Assembly (NCBI GenBank): GCA_030141605.1
Contig: JAQGDQ010000027.1
Coordinates: 957,554 to 1,021,553 of the forward strand
Reading direction: 5' to 3'
DNA: 64,000 nt
Source: Tubiluchus corallicola
Lineage: Eukaryota; Animalia; Priapulida
A model generated the notes under the pieces. The model did no database searches. It worked only from the letters and a program-made list of their open reading frames with translations, and had not been told where the DNA came from. Shown here piece by piece: positions 1 to 12,357 of this stretch; position 1 is the stretch's first letter; every line of letters begins with the position of its first letter. The position numbers and the translations under genes are program-made.

Positions 1-430
1 ACTGTCGCATAAGGGTCTGTTTAATCTCATGTTCTATTCCTCCTGGAATGCAGCATGCCGTGTAGCTTGTGAAAATAAATAACAAATCCACGCGTCTCAA
101 AATCGTGAGTTTCCTTTTTACAAATACTTAAGGTCTAATAAAACTAATAGTGTAACTCTTCTTGAATTTGCAGGCTTAGTGATAATTGTAGCAAATTGTT
201 ATTATTATTATGTCATCTACCATCAATACCTTAACCACTTCACCCATCTTTCATTGTACTAATCCTTCATCCAACCATAATTCCACTATCAGGTTTACAA
301 GCTTCTGCTCCTCTGCATCCCTGCATCTCTGCAGCCGGGTATTGCTGCATTTTCGTTATTGAACTTGTTATGTATATTGCTCGAGATGGGTGGATAAACT
401 ACTATACTACACTAATAGTTTATTTTCCCA

Positions 431-606
431 CACGGTGATAGGAGCCCGTACTTCTGATTTTGCAGAAGTGTAAAAGAACACTGCACAATTTCACGAGTGA
501 AGTTGAACTATAAGCCAGGCCAAACGGAAATGAAGACAGCCTTTGCGTAAAATGCCTACGTAGATTTGACCTTTATGTAAAATATCCATTTCTGGAAAGG
601 CCGTTG
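431..606. mobile_element. Short CAC-terminal DNA-transposon derivative (Chapaev/CMC-like, tentative)
   Basis: Begins CACGGTGATAGGAGCCCGTAC and ends GGAAAGGCCGTTG; resembles recalled CACGG-type termini. TSD not seen. Confidence 0.3.
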
Positions 607-3600
607 AAAATGTCTAATAAGTAAAAAAACAGATCTACAAGATATGACTATCCTGAAACATACACTTAAATGGCGGTTGTAAGAGTAGTTGAACAAAACA
701 GTTTGTGCCACCTTTGTCTCAAACAAAAACTGCATGCGATCATATACATAATAGATAATAAGTGTACACTATAAAAAATAAGTAAGTATAAAAAATAAGT
801 ACAATGTGGAAGACATCCTATAAATCATTTGCGCTACCTTAACATGAGATACATTAAACCTAGTGTTATTTTCCAACTGCCTTCAGTACTAACAACATGC
901 TAAATTACATGCATGTATGCAAACATGCAATATATTCCACATCGATTGAATAGCGTATGATTACCCTGCAAATTTTCAACATTCATACTTAAACTGGCTA
1001 TATATAGCAATGTTTTACTTACGTTTGACAGTAAGGAATTTTGTTGTATCCTTTCGCAGTTTTTATGTTTAAAGTCATGTTGCATTCTGTGCATCGAAAG
1101 CAAGCTTTATGGTACACCTGAAAATTATTACGTAGATAAATAAATAAGTAGCATTACCCTCATGGCACAGTGAATCACACCTAACTGAATGTACAAATGG
1201 CGGAATGAAGCTACAATAATTAGTTTTCTTAAAGCCCAACTTCACTGAAAGGACGAAGTTGTAGCGAGGTTGATGGCTGAGCGAATGGGCACATGCGATT
1301 AAATGCAAGCAAATGGCGTATGGCCTCCTGGGTCACGTGCTGACTCGCTCGTGGTGGTATCATTCATGAATTTTGGTTGTTTGCCTCACGGAGGGATAAT
1401 GTTATATTTAAATGTAGCTGAGACAACTCTTTTGGTTCAGTGGATCATCTTAGAGGAATGTCCTTGATTGTCAGGCACCGACTATGCTACAAATATCCTC
1501 TTTTACCAGGCTCTGCTTTTAATGCTGCTTTCCAATTTACTTCGTGCCAGTGTGCACCAAAACTACCGAAAGGAAAAAAGTTTGGATGTGAACTAGGAAC
1601 CTTTTATTTACAAACCCAACGCCAGACAGCTCTATGCGAACGAACATGACAGAATTTACTACAGCTTTGGTAGCTCGCTTACTTACCAATCCAACATTGC
1701 TAAGTGTTAATGTACCTCTATATATAGCAATTAATTACTACCGATAGCAACAACTACTTGTGTTCTCTGAAAGCAACTATAGAAATTTATGGAGCGCTTG
1801 GGAGTCGGAGTCTGGTGATGCGGTGGCCTAAATTTAACTTACTATATGATTCATCTGTGATTCGCCGATTGATCACAAAATTGAACTATTTCCCAATGAC
1901 AGAATAATGATTAATGCATTAGAACACTAGCCAAAGATGCTACTTTTTGGTTTTATTTATCACCAAATATTTCCCTTTCTCCTAGTAGTGCAGTTTGATT
2001 TTATTAACTCCACTGACTGACCCTAAAAACCGTTCGTGAATTACACACACTGAATAATATGCATTCCCATTTTAATTATGTTTAAGATTTATGTCTGTGG
2101 TGTCTCAACAGTCAGCATACACTTTGATTTCTGGTTTTCTATTTAAGATTTTCGTCAAGGCAATTCTTCTTAATTAAATTTAAAACGCGTTATTATGGCG
2201 ACGGTACTAAAGTGACAAATCAGGTGCAACATCTCAACAACGCAAAGTAAAGTCTTGCCTCACTACTCGCAAACTTCTCAAAGCAAAATACCGCATCTGC
2301 CGCTGGACTGGTCCATGAGACTCTTTCTAGTGAACATTTGGACTTGACAGATTTAACATCCTACAATTTGTTGCAAGCAGACTAAAATTTATACAAAAAA
2401 ATCAAGACACCTTCAACCGTGTTTCATTAACTGGAAATAACAATTACAGTTTGTTCTACAAATGTGCAAACGCTTAACTGGAAATGCTTGCTGATCTTGG
2501 AAATGCATGCGTTCATCATTAGCAGAAATGTTTTATGGTGAAAATAAAGAAGCCTACCAGTGCAGTAGTTCTTTTCAGATTTTCGTTTAATTTGACGAAA
2601 TTAATTGCAAAGTATATTCGTTCACCTGTACCAAATTTTAAGCATTTTGCTTTGATGGCTAAAAAATATAAAGTGCATACTAACTTCTGAGACACCCTGT
2701 ATAGATTCGTTGTTATCGTGTGCAGTTATTGCAAAACAAATGTGCGTATCCTATGTAATTAGATATTGAATAGTTCGTGAAAATTCTGTTTGGAGACCCG
2801 GTGATCCGGGCAAATATACGTCAAAAACTGACCCGGGATCCTGTTAAAACTCTGATACTGTAAGCTCTTCCAGCGGACCAGAGCTGATCGAAAGAAGGAC
2901 GTCCAATTTTACCTATTTTTATGGTCAATATACACAGGGCACGGCTGTGGATGTGTTTTAGAAATGAGTCAAGTGAAACAATTAAAAAACATGAAGTGCA
3001 ACTTCAGGCTTCAGAAATGGCAAAGGTGGCATCTGAAAAAAAAGTAGCATTGATAAAAACGATCTTTTTAACGAAACTTGCTCCAATCAAGACGCCAGTT
3101 CTGCTCGAATAATTTTTAGCTAATCACTTGCGCTTAGTGACCCTTGATCCACCGAGTTTATTTTATATGTATACATAATTATACTATATGTACTTATATG
3201 CATCCATACACACACACACATATATATACATATGTATATGTTTCATGTTTGGGTTTTTCCGCTTGTCGATTGATCTATAACTGTGTCATGACTGCGCAAG
3301 CGTGGATTATCGCACGCATGACCACTTGAAACGGCTTCATATAAAACGGCTTAATAAAATACTACGATGGAAATATCTTTATAGATGGAACATTTTTCAT
3401 GTGTAGACCAATTCTGAATCCTCTAATAAGGTACTTTGTTTTTGCAAACTATAGAAATTTGTAGCAGCTGACACCAGTCCGTTAACAAGAGTATAATAAA
3501 GGCTAAATGACTACGATTGCATATTTGCCACAAATTTCTGTTTTATCCAGGTATTTCAACGTCAAGTTCTTCACTGGCTGGACGTATTTTGGCTTCTTTT

Positions 3601-6600
3601 ATCTATTTTTGGTGAAAATCTGTCTTATTTTCGCAAAAATTTGAGTGTATTTAATAATTTTGATTGTATGGTGCCAATAAAATAATGGGAGAAAGTAAAA
3701 ACAATAGTTCGTAACTAATTTAATTACGGTGTGTTTTATAATTTACATTAACTTCCTAATTTACCTTATCCAGATAGTTCAAGGTTTCCATTGGATAGAC
3801 AGTTTTGTCGCATTTCCCGCACTTCGTCATCTTGGCTTCTTTTTTGTAGTAATCAAAGTCCTCGCCACAAAACTTTACTCAAGCTTCACCCTTCTAGATA
3901 GTGCGCGGGGAAACGTTTTACATGTTGCCATTCTTCATTTTTCGTGTCGTGTGCAAAAGTAAGGCGATGCCTCTCCAAAACGGGCAGACAGGACTTTATA
4001 TCATCCAGGAGTGGGAGATGCTATTTCGGTAATTCAGAAAAGCGAATGAAGCTGAACTAATGAAGCATAACCCGATAAAGCCCAGGATGAGTAACTATAG
4101 AAGCAAAACACACCATTCACAGTATGTACCCACTATCCTAAGAACGTGTGGAGTTACTAAAGGCCCCTCTCAATAGTCTTCTAAAGGGGCTTTGGAGTTA
4201 CATATGTGCAGGACAACGCCATTCCTATAAATGAGGTGGCATGAGAACAAACTGCTATACACCTGGATTTTTATAATCGATAAATAAGAACGGTAACTAA
4301 ATCGACCTGGTTTTAATTTTACTTATGAAGTGTTGTGTATGTTGTATACATATTTTTGTGTATTTGTTAATTGTAATTTTGCTCTAGGAGGTGCTTTGTT
4401 AGGTTCTATGATCTTGTTTTGATCCTGAAACGTTAGATTTGTGAAATAAATCATGTCACTTCTTATATAGGTGCTAGTGTTTTCTTTTTGACTAAACTTC
4501 GTTTTAGCAAAAAATCGATAAAAAATTAATTCACTTTTCAAGGGAGAATAAAAGGGGAATTTTAATGTATGTCTCAAAAACTTTCCATACAAAGTTATAA
4601 TTGCTTAGTATCGCGTTTGCCTATTGCCTAACTTTCACTGTTAATACTGGCACATCACATCTTTAGACCAGCATATTCACCTTTGTATAGTACTCGTATT
4701 CTGGCAGCCGTATGGTCGTGAACATACAAGCTCGCTCAGTGAGTAAGTTTATTCTTCATCGTATTAACTTTTTTTGGATTTTTTTGATAAACTGACCTAA
4801 CACATTAATCATTTACAGCATTCTCTTTAGAAATGGTTTATTTTGTAAGTTACTTCTTCCCTAATGCCTTCATGCCAAACTTTGTAACACTTCGTATTTG
4901 TTTGTTTATTAAACAACTCACTGAAGCAGTGTCCGACTTTACCGAAAGGCCTAGGCTAATGTCGGACAAATGAATTTGTGTGTCCGACTTTAGCCTGAAG
5001 TAATTGGTTATGTAGGTAAATAACATAGATTTAATTTTGGCCATGTGAGTCAAAATGTAAAAGTAGCATGATCGTTGTTTGTTTTAGAAACATGAGGAGA
5101 AACCGTTATCAAAATAGATGGAAAGAAAAGATGCTGCAAACATAAAAAACTTAAAGAATAAGAGATGAAAAAGAGGAAAACTGACCAAATGCAATCTGCC
5201 ATCAAATCTAATCTAATTTATACACACACACACACGCGCACGCGCGCACACATACTGGCGCACGTATAGGCATAGCCGCATATGCATAAATCTGCCTGTG
5301 ATGGTTCGGGTTAGAAGAGCCACAGGTACCCGAAAACCACCTTTTGACGTAGCGTGTGCCGAAAGGTGTACGCTAATTTTAAGATATGTTCATAAACTGT
5401 TCATGGGAATAAATATTCTGTTCGTAGTTTTCCTAAATAATACGCGGGTTGTTTTCTTTTCATTGGTTAACGACATTTTACCCGACTCTCAATAAACAAG
5501 TAAAGACATGTAACAACAAATTTGATAAGATTCCAAATATTCAAAAAAAAATGACAATGAGCATCAATGTACAAAAAAGGAAAATCCTTTTCCCAGAATA
5601 CTGGCGATCTACCCGGGGGTTTGCTGAGTGTTCACTGGCGGTACAACAGTCCACACTGGCAGTCACAGATTACAGATTTCTTGCATGACAGTGTCGCACA
5701 GACAACGTTCTCGACATGGTAAACAATTTAACGTCTACGTGAAGATAATAAGATCCCCATACGGCGATGGAAACAGCCATCACACTCCTCAAGTGAAACT
5801 GACCACTTTACAGTCTACCATCCATGTGGTGTTAACCCAGTAAATGGCAGTTAGCAGTAGGTGATTTACGATAGTAATAACATGATTAGAAGTATACCGT
5901 TACGTCTTTCTGCTAACGTCTCCTCGGGTCCGTGAAACTTGAACCGGAACTCGGGGACCACATCACATGTCTTGACATCAAACTGAGACAGGATACAAGA
6001 CGGAAGGTACTTAACGTGTAGAGGTACCTCCGTTTAACACAGGAAAAACCACTCTCTACTGCTAAGTGGCATAGAATCGGCAGGTAAAAAAAATCTAGGT
6101 CACACTGCTCACGTGAACGTTTGGCTTCAGTGATTTAACGTTAAGGTAAAGATCTTCCTCTACGATGGAGTACTCGTGTAGCCACCCAAAATGCGATTTT
6201 GTAGAACATCAGATTAAATTAAAAATGCAAAAGAAAAGTAAATTTTATCTCTTCATCATCAGCCTAGCCTATGAATGTAAACAAATAATGTGCACGGCTG
6301 TTATGCTAGTGATTCCCTACATTACCATACTGGACCATCACATTGCCCAACCTCTCCCATACGACAACAGCAGAGTTTTATATACGGCACAGTAAATTCA
6401 CGGCAAATTATGCAAGCTTTTATGTCTTTTACTAACTCAATGCAGAACTTAGACAAAAATTATCAGTTTTAAAAATCATAATAAACTCAAAGTGCACAAG
6501 ATAATAAGTTTATGCTTCAGCGTTGGCGTATAATACCTGGCCACGTAACAAAAACTTGTCAAGCTGATTTGTATTGATTCCGTAGAGGGTACTCAAAGGG

Positions 6601-6786
6601 GAGACGGTGATTTCGGGAATTAAACCGAACTGAAAATGGATAAGATTTGCAGATTTACCTTACCATGTGATGACCGTATTCAAGTTTGCATGCTGTGTTT
6701 TTTTCGGCAGCTATAAACAAAACTGTCAGTCAGTATCTGCTGGTGTCCGACATTACCCCATTTTTTGAAATGACCTAGGAAAGTAT

Positions 6787-7311
6787 AAAGGAAAACCGGA
6801 CGATTGTGTCAACATTAGTTCAGAATAAAGAATACCCTAAAATAACGAAAGCTACAATAACTTTTTTCAATCAAAACTTAGATAAAATAATAATTACCTC
6901 GGATACCCAAATTCTGTTAAACTTTCAAAGCTACGCGCGGCTCAGGGAATCTACTAAGATTGGCAACGGCGCCTTTTGTCGCATGTGCGTGGCCGACAAA
7001 TAGAAGGCGGTACCGTGATAGCCATGATCATGAATTGCAGTTAGTTTCTGGCGTCATATAACGTAGAGCCCATTTTCGTGGCACACGCGTTTAAGCAGTA
7101 CTCTAACACCTACGCCTACAGCCTACCATTGCACAAACTGTGGTTAGTTTCTGACGTAGGCAATAGCTGTATTCGGTTACAGTTAATAATTTTTTTAAGC
7201 TAATTATTCAAATATACGAAACAATTGCTAACTTTCATAGGCAAGAAAATGTAAATCTGGGATAGTAAATTAAAATGAGATTGAGTCTAAACAATCGTCC
7301 GGTTTTCCTTT
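6787..7311. mobile_element. MITE-like non-autonomous DNA transposon, 525 bp, 21-bp perfect TIRs
   Basis: AAAGGAAAACCGGACGATTGT (6787-6807) and ACAATCGTCCGGTTTTCCTTT (7291-7311). No clear coding capacity; TSD not clearly preserved. Confidence 0.7.
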
Positions 7312-8370
7312 TGTTATAATCTCGGTATTTTACATTTCACGCACCACTCGCTTTCCTGTTTTCCCAAATTCCTTAACAATAGAGTTTTAGTTTATCAAAT
7401 GATTTCAAGAAAATCGTAAGAATGTGGATAGAAACCTGAAAAAAGCCAATTTTGTCCGACTCTACCCCATTTTCCCTATGTGCTGAACCGTTTACGCAGC
7501 AATACGAGGACCTCAGTCGCTTATCTATCAATTGTTCTCAGTAAAATGAACATTTGGTGTGTCTAGATGATCCCATTTTGTGATCTCCGCCCGTGACGGA
7601 TGCCACCTAGGGCGCAGGCCTCAGAGGGGCACAACACTGAGCGTTGGAGAGTCACAGCTTTATACAGATTATAGTTTCATGGAAAAAACAACAGTTTCTT
7701 CTTTAATTTGTTGAATTGGGTGATAAAAGTTGCAACAAACGAATAAAGGGAATGAAACTGAAATGCAATTTACATAGGGCACTTTTAAATCAGTTGTCTT
7801 TTTACCATTCTGATGTTTTCCAAGTCGGTGAGTAAAATTTCATTTTTTATTTGGGGCATCTAGAACTTATAGATCAAACCAAGAATTTCACTCAAGCGCT
7901 TGGTTTACCTGGAATTTCTATAATTTTGCATTGCAAGCGAAATCTGATGTCACGTTTTTTTAAGTGAAAGCTCATAAATTTGCCCAAACTTAAAAGTACC
8001 GGGCACTTGCGGCCACTGCCTTAGTTGATATCACATTTCCAATATTGCTTTTGTATTGGCAGTATTAGCATCTTGTATTAGTCATTCTTGCAATTTAAGG
8101 TAAATTTTTGCAGTTTAATGGTTTAGGTTCTTTATTTTTTCTACGTGTTCGAATATGTTTTTAAAAATCGAAGTCAACATATATCATTACAGGCAGGGGC
8201 AAGGAGTGCAATGAGTACCTGGCCTCACCTAGGTAGGCCTAGTCTACGTAGACTACGCCACCCATTTTTGCAATGACAAATACTATATTTTTTGTTGGGT
8301 TAATCTGAGATAACATTAATGTTCATAAGGTCCTTACGATATTTACGTGCACCACGCGGCACTTCCTGCT

Positions 8371-8435
8371 CAGTTCAATGTTAACAAAATACTTGGGCCT
8401 GAGTCAAGCACAAGTATTTTGTCAACATTGAACTG
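8371..8435 (-). other. 65-bp near-perfect hairpin, pre-miRNA-sized
   Basis: 32-bp arms with 3 mismatches around position 8403; two mismatches become G-U pairs on the minus strand. Confidence 0.6.
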
Positions 8436-9596
8436 TAAATGATTTCACACCGTTAAAACTGTAATTTTAGCTATAATTATTAGGTTAACAACGCTTTTGT
8501 AATTTTAACTGTAAAAATTAGAAACCTAACCTAAATAACTAACTCTTTACAGCTGATTTGCTGTCGATACCTTATCATTTAATTTAGCAATTTAATCATT
8601 TAAAATAGCTTATCATTTAATGTAGTCGATTAATTTAGCAAACGTAAGTTGCCGAAATACAAAGCAAATGGAATTCGTACAGCCTTATTTTATTTTTACG
8701 TTTTCTAAAGTCGAAACCTTAAGAAAATAAAACCAACGGCGCGTTCAGACTAGCGAGTATTCTGACAGCAAACTCGCAAGTGTGAACTGTTTCGCAAGTT
8801 ACCCTGGACAAGTTATTTTGAATTCTCCGACAGTTACTGTGAAAAGTTCACTTCTTGCAGCGAATAGAGAAATGAGCGCCAGCTAATACTTACTGTCGGA
8901 GAGTAACTCGCATCAAGTTATGCTCTCTAATCTGAACATGCTTGAGTATCGAAAAATAGGACATGTCAGACAGAGTTACAAAAGCGAATAAATGAGAGCA
9001 CAGAGACATGAGAAAAAGATTAGCAATAAAAAGCGTACAGAGAAAAGATGAAAGTTCTGCAAGATAAACAGCGAAGTAAAAAAGTGAAACTGGTTTAAAT
9101 AAAACATTAAAAGAAGCAAGATTAAGAAAGTACATAAACATAATAAGGAAAAGAACAGTAACTCACATGATTCAACAAAAAGGAAAAAGATGAAAAGAAT
9201 TAGAAATACTAGACAAAACAGAAAAGAGAACCTTGGTGAAGAGGATAGAAGTTATGAATATGTATGCACATATATAAAACAGCCAGCAGGACCTACCTCA
9301 TAATAAATTATTATATTACATATAATATTTAGGCAAAAGTGTATCATTCTTTTCTAAGAAATATCCTGGAAATGGGTATGTGGGTCACAGTTTTTAAGTG
9401 GGGTCATATGGGTGAGCGTCAGAAACACGATCCATGTGGTCAGGTAAAAAATAAATAGTAACATTTTTCTAACTTTCGAAATTTACTATTTTAAGTGAAA
9501 CCTAGAAAAAATAAACTGTCTATAGAACACAACATCGCTGAAGTTTACAGTTCCCTACACATAAGTTTGCGAAATGGATTAGGATTACGGTAAGGA

Positions 9597-9672
9597 TTGG
9601 ATTAGTGTATTTAAATTGTATTGGATTAGGGTATTTAAATTGTGTTGGGTCAGGGTACTTAAATTGTGTGGG
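9597..9672. repeat. 24-bp tandem repeat, ~3 copies
   Basis: TTGGATTAGGGTATTTAAATTGTG-like units. Confidence 0.7.
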
Positions 9673-11522
9673 GAATTGTAAACTCATTCCTACAACTTTA
9701 ATTTTATGACTGTAATTGAAATCTAATTCATGATATATCACCCAGAAGTTGCTTATTTTGCTGTATGAACAGTTAAGCATAATGCTAAGTAATGTAACTA
9801 CATGATGTTCGGAGCTTTTGGGACACACTTTAACTTACCCTCGTGTTATCTTTTAAAGCACACTTCGGTTAGCTCTGTTTGAAATTCTGCTACATTACAA
9901 GTTATAGCTTTAATACAAAATGTTCAATGGTCTAACATAAAACTTGTGCATGTATGTTTGAACTAATTCCAACTTTGTATTAAATTAAAAGTATAAACTT
10001 CACTGTGTAAGCAAGCTCATTAATAAAGTAATTAGACTTTCTGTTAACATTTTCAGCAGTACAACTTGGTTAATGTCTAACACAACATACTGCTTAGGAC
10101 TATTGAGCATGCTGTCCAATGAATAACAGCAAAAAAATTTTACCTAGAGCAACTGTACTCAAGTTTGCTTACACTTGGTAGGCCAAAAGTTAGGGCCATA
10201 GAGCTTTGATACGATACACTGGAAAATAATAAAGTGTGCAAAGAACAAGAAAAAAATTACATTTTCTTATAATTTCTTTTTTAATTAATAGGCTGAATTT
10301 TGATTTAAGTGTATGCTAGAAAATGAACCACCAATTTGCTAATGTTAAATGCAAGAAACTTTCATCTAAATACCACAAAACAACGGCATGTGGTACTCTC
10401 AAAAATTTACTTTGAACATAATAGATTGGATAGAACAAAATGAATATTTCTTTTGAAAATGTGTTACAACAGTATGCAATACCTTGTTAGATGACGAAGT
10501 CAATGTTCGAACTGTAAATTTTGTGTATTGCCAAAGCAGATAGAAGGGCAAACAATGTAAATTTTAGGTTTCAATATATAGTATTTAGGCTTGGTAATCA
10601 GTCTGGATACCTAAAATTTTATAAAAAACATTAGTATAGGTGTTACTCCCCATTTTATAGTAATATGTCGTTATTTGAAATAAAATACAAATATGTGTTG
10701 GTCCTCTGGATTAGCCATATTCTTGTAAAAACAAGATATTTTTTCAACTGTAACAAAAATGAGACAAAAATGATACACCATTTTGCTAATGTTAAATGCA
10801 AGGAACTTTTCTATCTAAATACCACAAAAGAAGGCATGAGGAGAGGCAAAAACATTGCTTAATCACATTTTAAGTTACGATGTACCGTTTATGTGTAATT
10901 TTTTTGACAAATTTTCTCTTGTAAAATAATAATACTCTCACGACATTTAAAAACAATTTGCAAGTACTACGCACAAGTCTCTTTTTCCAATTCTGACACC
11001 ATATGCATGGTGATCACATGAACTAAATCAGAAATTGACAAGGTACATTTTCTAATTGTTACATTTTAGAATTTAGTTTATTTCTCCAAATTTTGTTGTA
11101 AGGCATTTTACAAAGTTTTGCGAAACAGCTATAAGTTTAGCCAGAAGTACAATTTCAGTTTGTCACAGCTACTTACAGAGCATCTACTACCTAAAATAAG
11201 CATGGTATAAGTTGCAAAATATGCTGTGCATATTAAATTATTATCAAATGACAATCCCTTCCAAATTAAGCATGAAATTAACATGACATTGTATCTTGAA
11301 TGTATTAAAACTGTTCAATGTTTACCACAATTAATTTTTATTATGTGCATTGAAGTTTTTCATATCATATTACAAGAGCACTTCTAATCGTTTTTAAGTC
11401 TGAATATATAACATAAGCTACATAACATATCTGAAACAATTAAACATTAATTAGCAGCAAAATTTAAGACAATTTTTATACTAGAATAGAAATCATAATA
11501 TGAGGAATAATTTTAATGAAAT

Positions 11523-12236
11523 TTAGTCTTTCTTTTTGCGACTGTTGTTATCTTTCTGAGCCAGAATGATAAGAAGATGTCGAAAAATGTTTACAAAATC
11601 TAGAAAAAGGTCAAGACAGTGCCAAATATAATCCCCATCTCCACGGCGTTTCTTCTCGATGATGGCTTGTGTATCGTATAAAACAAAGGCACACATAACA
11701 GCAAGACCAATGTACAAATTCACCTGAAACAACATCTGTGACTGAAAAAACAGATTAAGCATGGACGCCAACATCAGGTACGAGAGTGCCGACATAAGAA
11801 TACCTCCTAAATACAGCCATTTCCTCTGATCAGCATAAAGAGCACTCAGTGTGAAACATCCAAAGATAACGCAAGTACCAAGAAATGCAGTAGGAATAAT
11901 GGTCGGATTTATGTGAATAGCCAAATCAAGCAGTGGTCCCATGCTAAGTCCCGTCATCAGTCCAAATCCTATCAGATAGCCAAATCTGAGTTTTTGCTTG
12001 GATGCGGGCTCCGGAGGTGTAGCTACAATCAAAATCAACAATCCAATGGAAGCAATGCTTGTTAAAAAACTTCCTCGCAGCCACTCTGTGACAACATGGA
12101 CATATCCTCCAGCAGCAGCAGCCAACATACACATTGCCAAGCAAGTGTACACATTTTTCAGATGTGATTTCACGGGCTTTTCTAGTTTTTCACCAAGAGA
12201 GTTAAAAAATTTATCAAACTGCGTTTGATTTGCCAT
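11523..12236 (-). CDS. TMBIM6: Bax inhibitor-1 (TMBIM6 family) ER membrane protein, single coding exon, 237 aa
   Basis: ORF MANQTQFDKFF...HLKNVYTCLAMC...GLSMGPLL...PTAFLGTCVIFGCFTLSAL...YLGG...FVLYDTQAIIEK...DYIWHCLDLFLDFVNIFR...KKKD. It has multiple TM segments, the YDTQ and DLFLDF aspartates and a Lys-rich tail typical of BI-1. ATG at 12236; the ORF-track start at 12341 is non-ATG. Confidence 0.96.
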   Translation of the reverse strand: MANQTQFDKFFNSLGEKLEKPVKSHLKNVYTCLAMCMLAAAAGGYVHVVTEWLRGSFLTSIASIGLLILIVATPPEPASKQKLRFGYLIGFGLMTGLSMGPLLDLAIHINPTIIPTAFLGTCVIFGCFTLSALYADQRKWLYLGGILMSALSYLMLASMLNLFFQSQMLFQVNLYIGLAVMCAFVLYDTQAIIEKKRRGDGDYIWHCLDLFLDFVNIFRHLLIILAQKDNNSRKKKD

Positions 12237-12344
12237 GTCGAATGCAAAAATTTGGATTGTTTTCCTCAAACGAAACGAAAACAAACAATCGTTAACCAAA
12301 TTACAGCGAAATGACTCGTCGATTCGGGAACAGGTACACAATTA

Positions 12345-12357
12345 TGCTGCGTCAGCA
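12345..12357 (-). promoter_or_regulatory. MARE/ARE-like element (TGCTGACGCAGCA) upstream of BI-1
   Basis: Near-palindrome one base from the Maf recognition element TGCTGACTCAGCA and containing the ARE core TGACnnnGC, ~110 bp upstream of the BI-1 ATG. CCAAT motifs nearby at ~12395 and ~12453. Confidence 0.35.

Noticed and set aside
2683-2702. Tc1/mariner-like terminus (GAGACACCCTGTA); also a Tigger-like start at ~57299
   Set aside because: Only single ends were seen, with no partner TIR or transposase, so element boundaries cannot be supported.
900-10862. Short 60-102 aa ORFs in the first 11 kb
   Set aside because: No recognisable domains or consistent exon chains; the region appears intergenic and repeat-derived.
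12237-12341. 35-aa N-terminal extension of BI-1 in the ORF track
   Set aside because: Starts at a non-ATG codon; BI-1 homology begins at the ATG at 12236.
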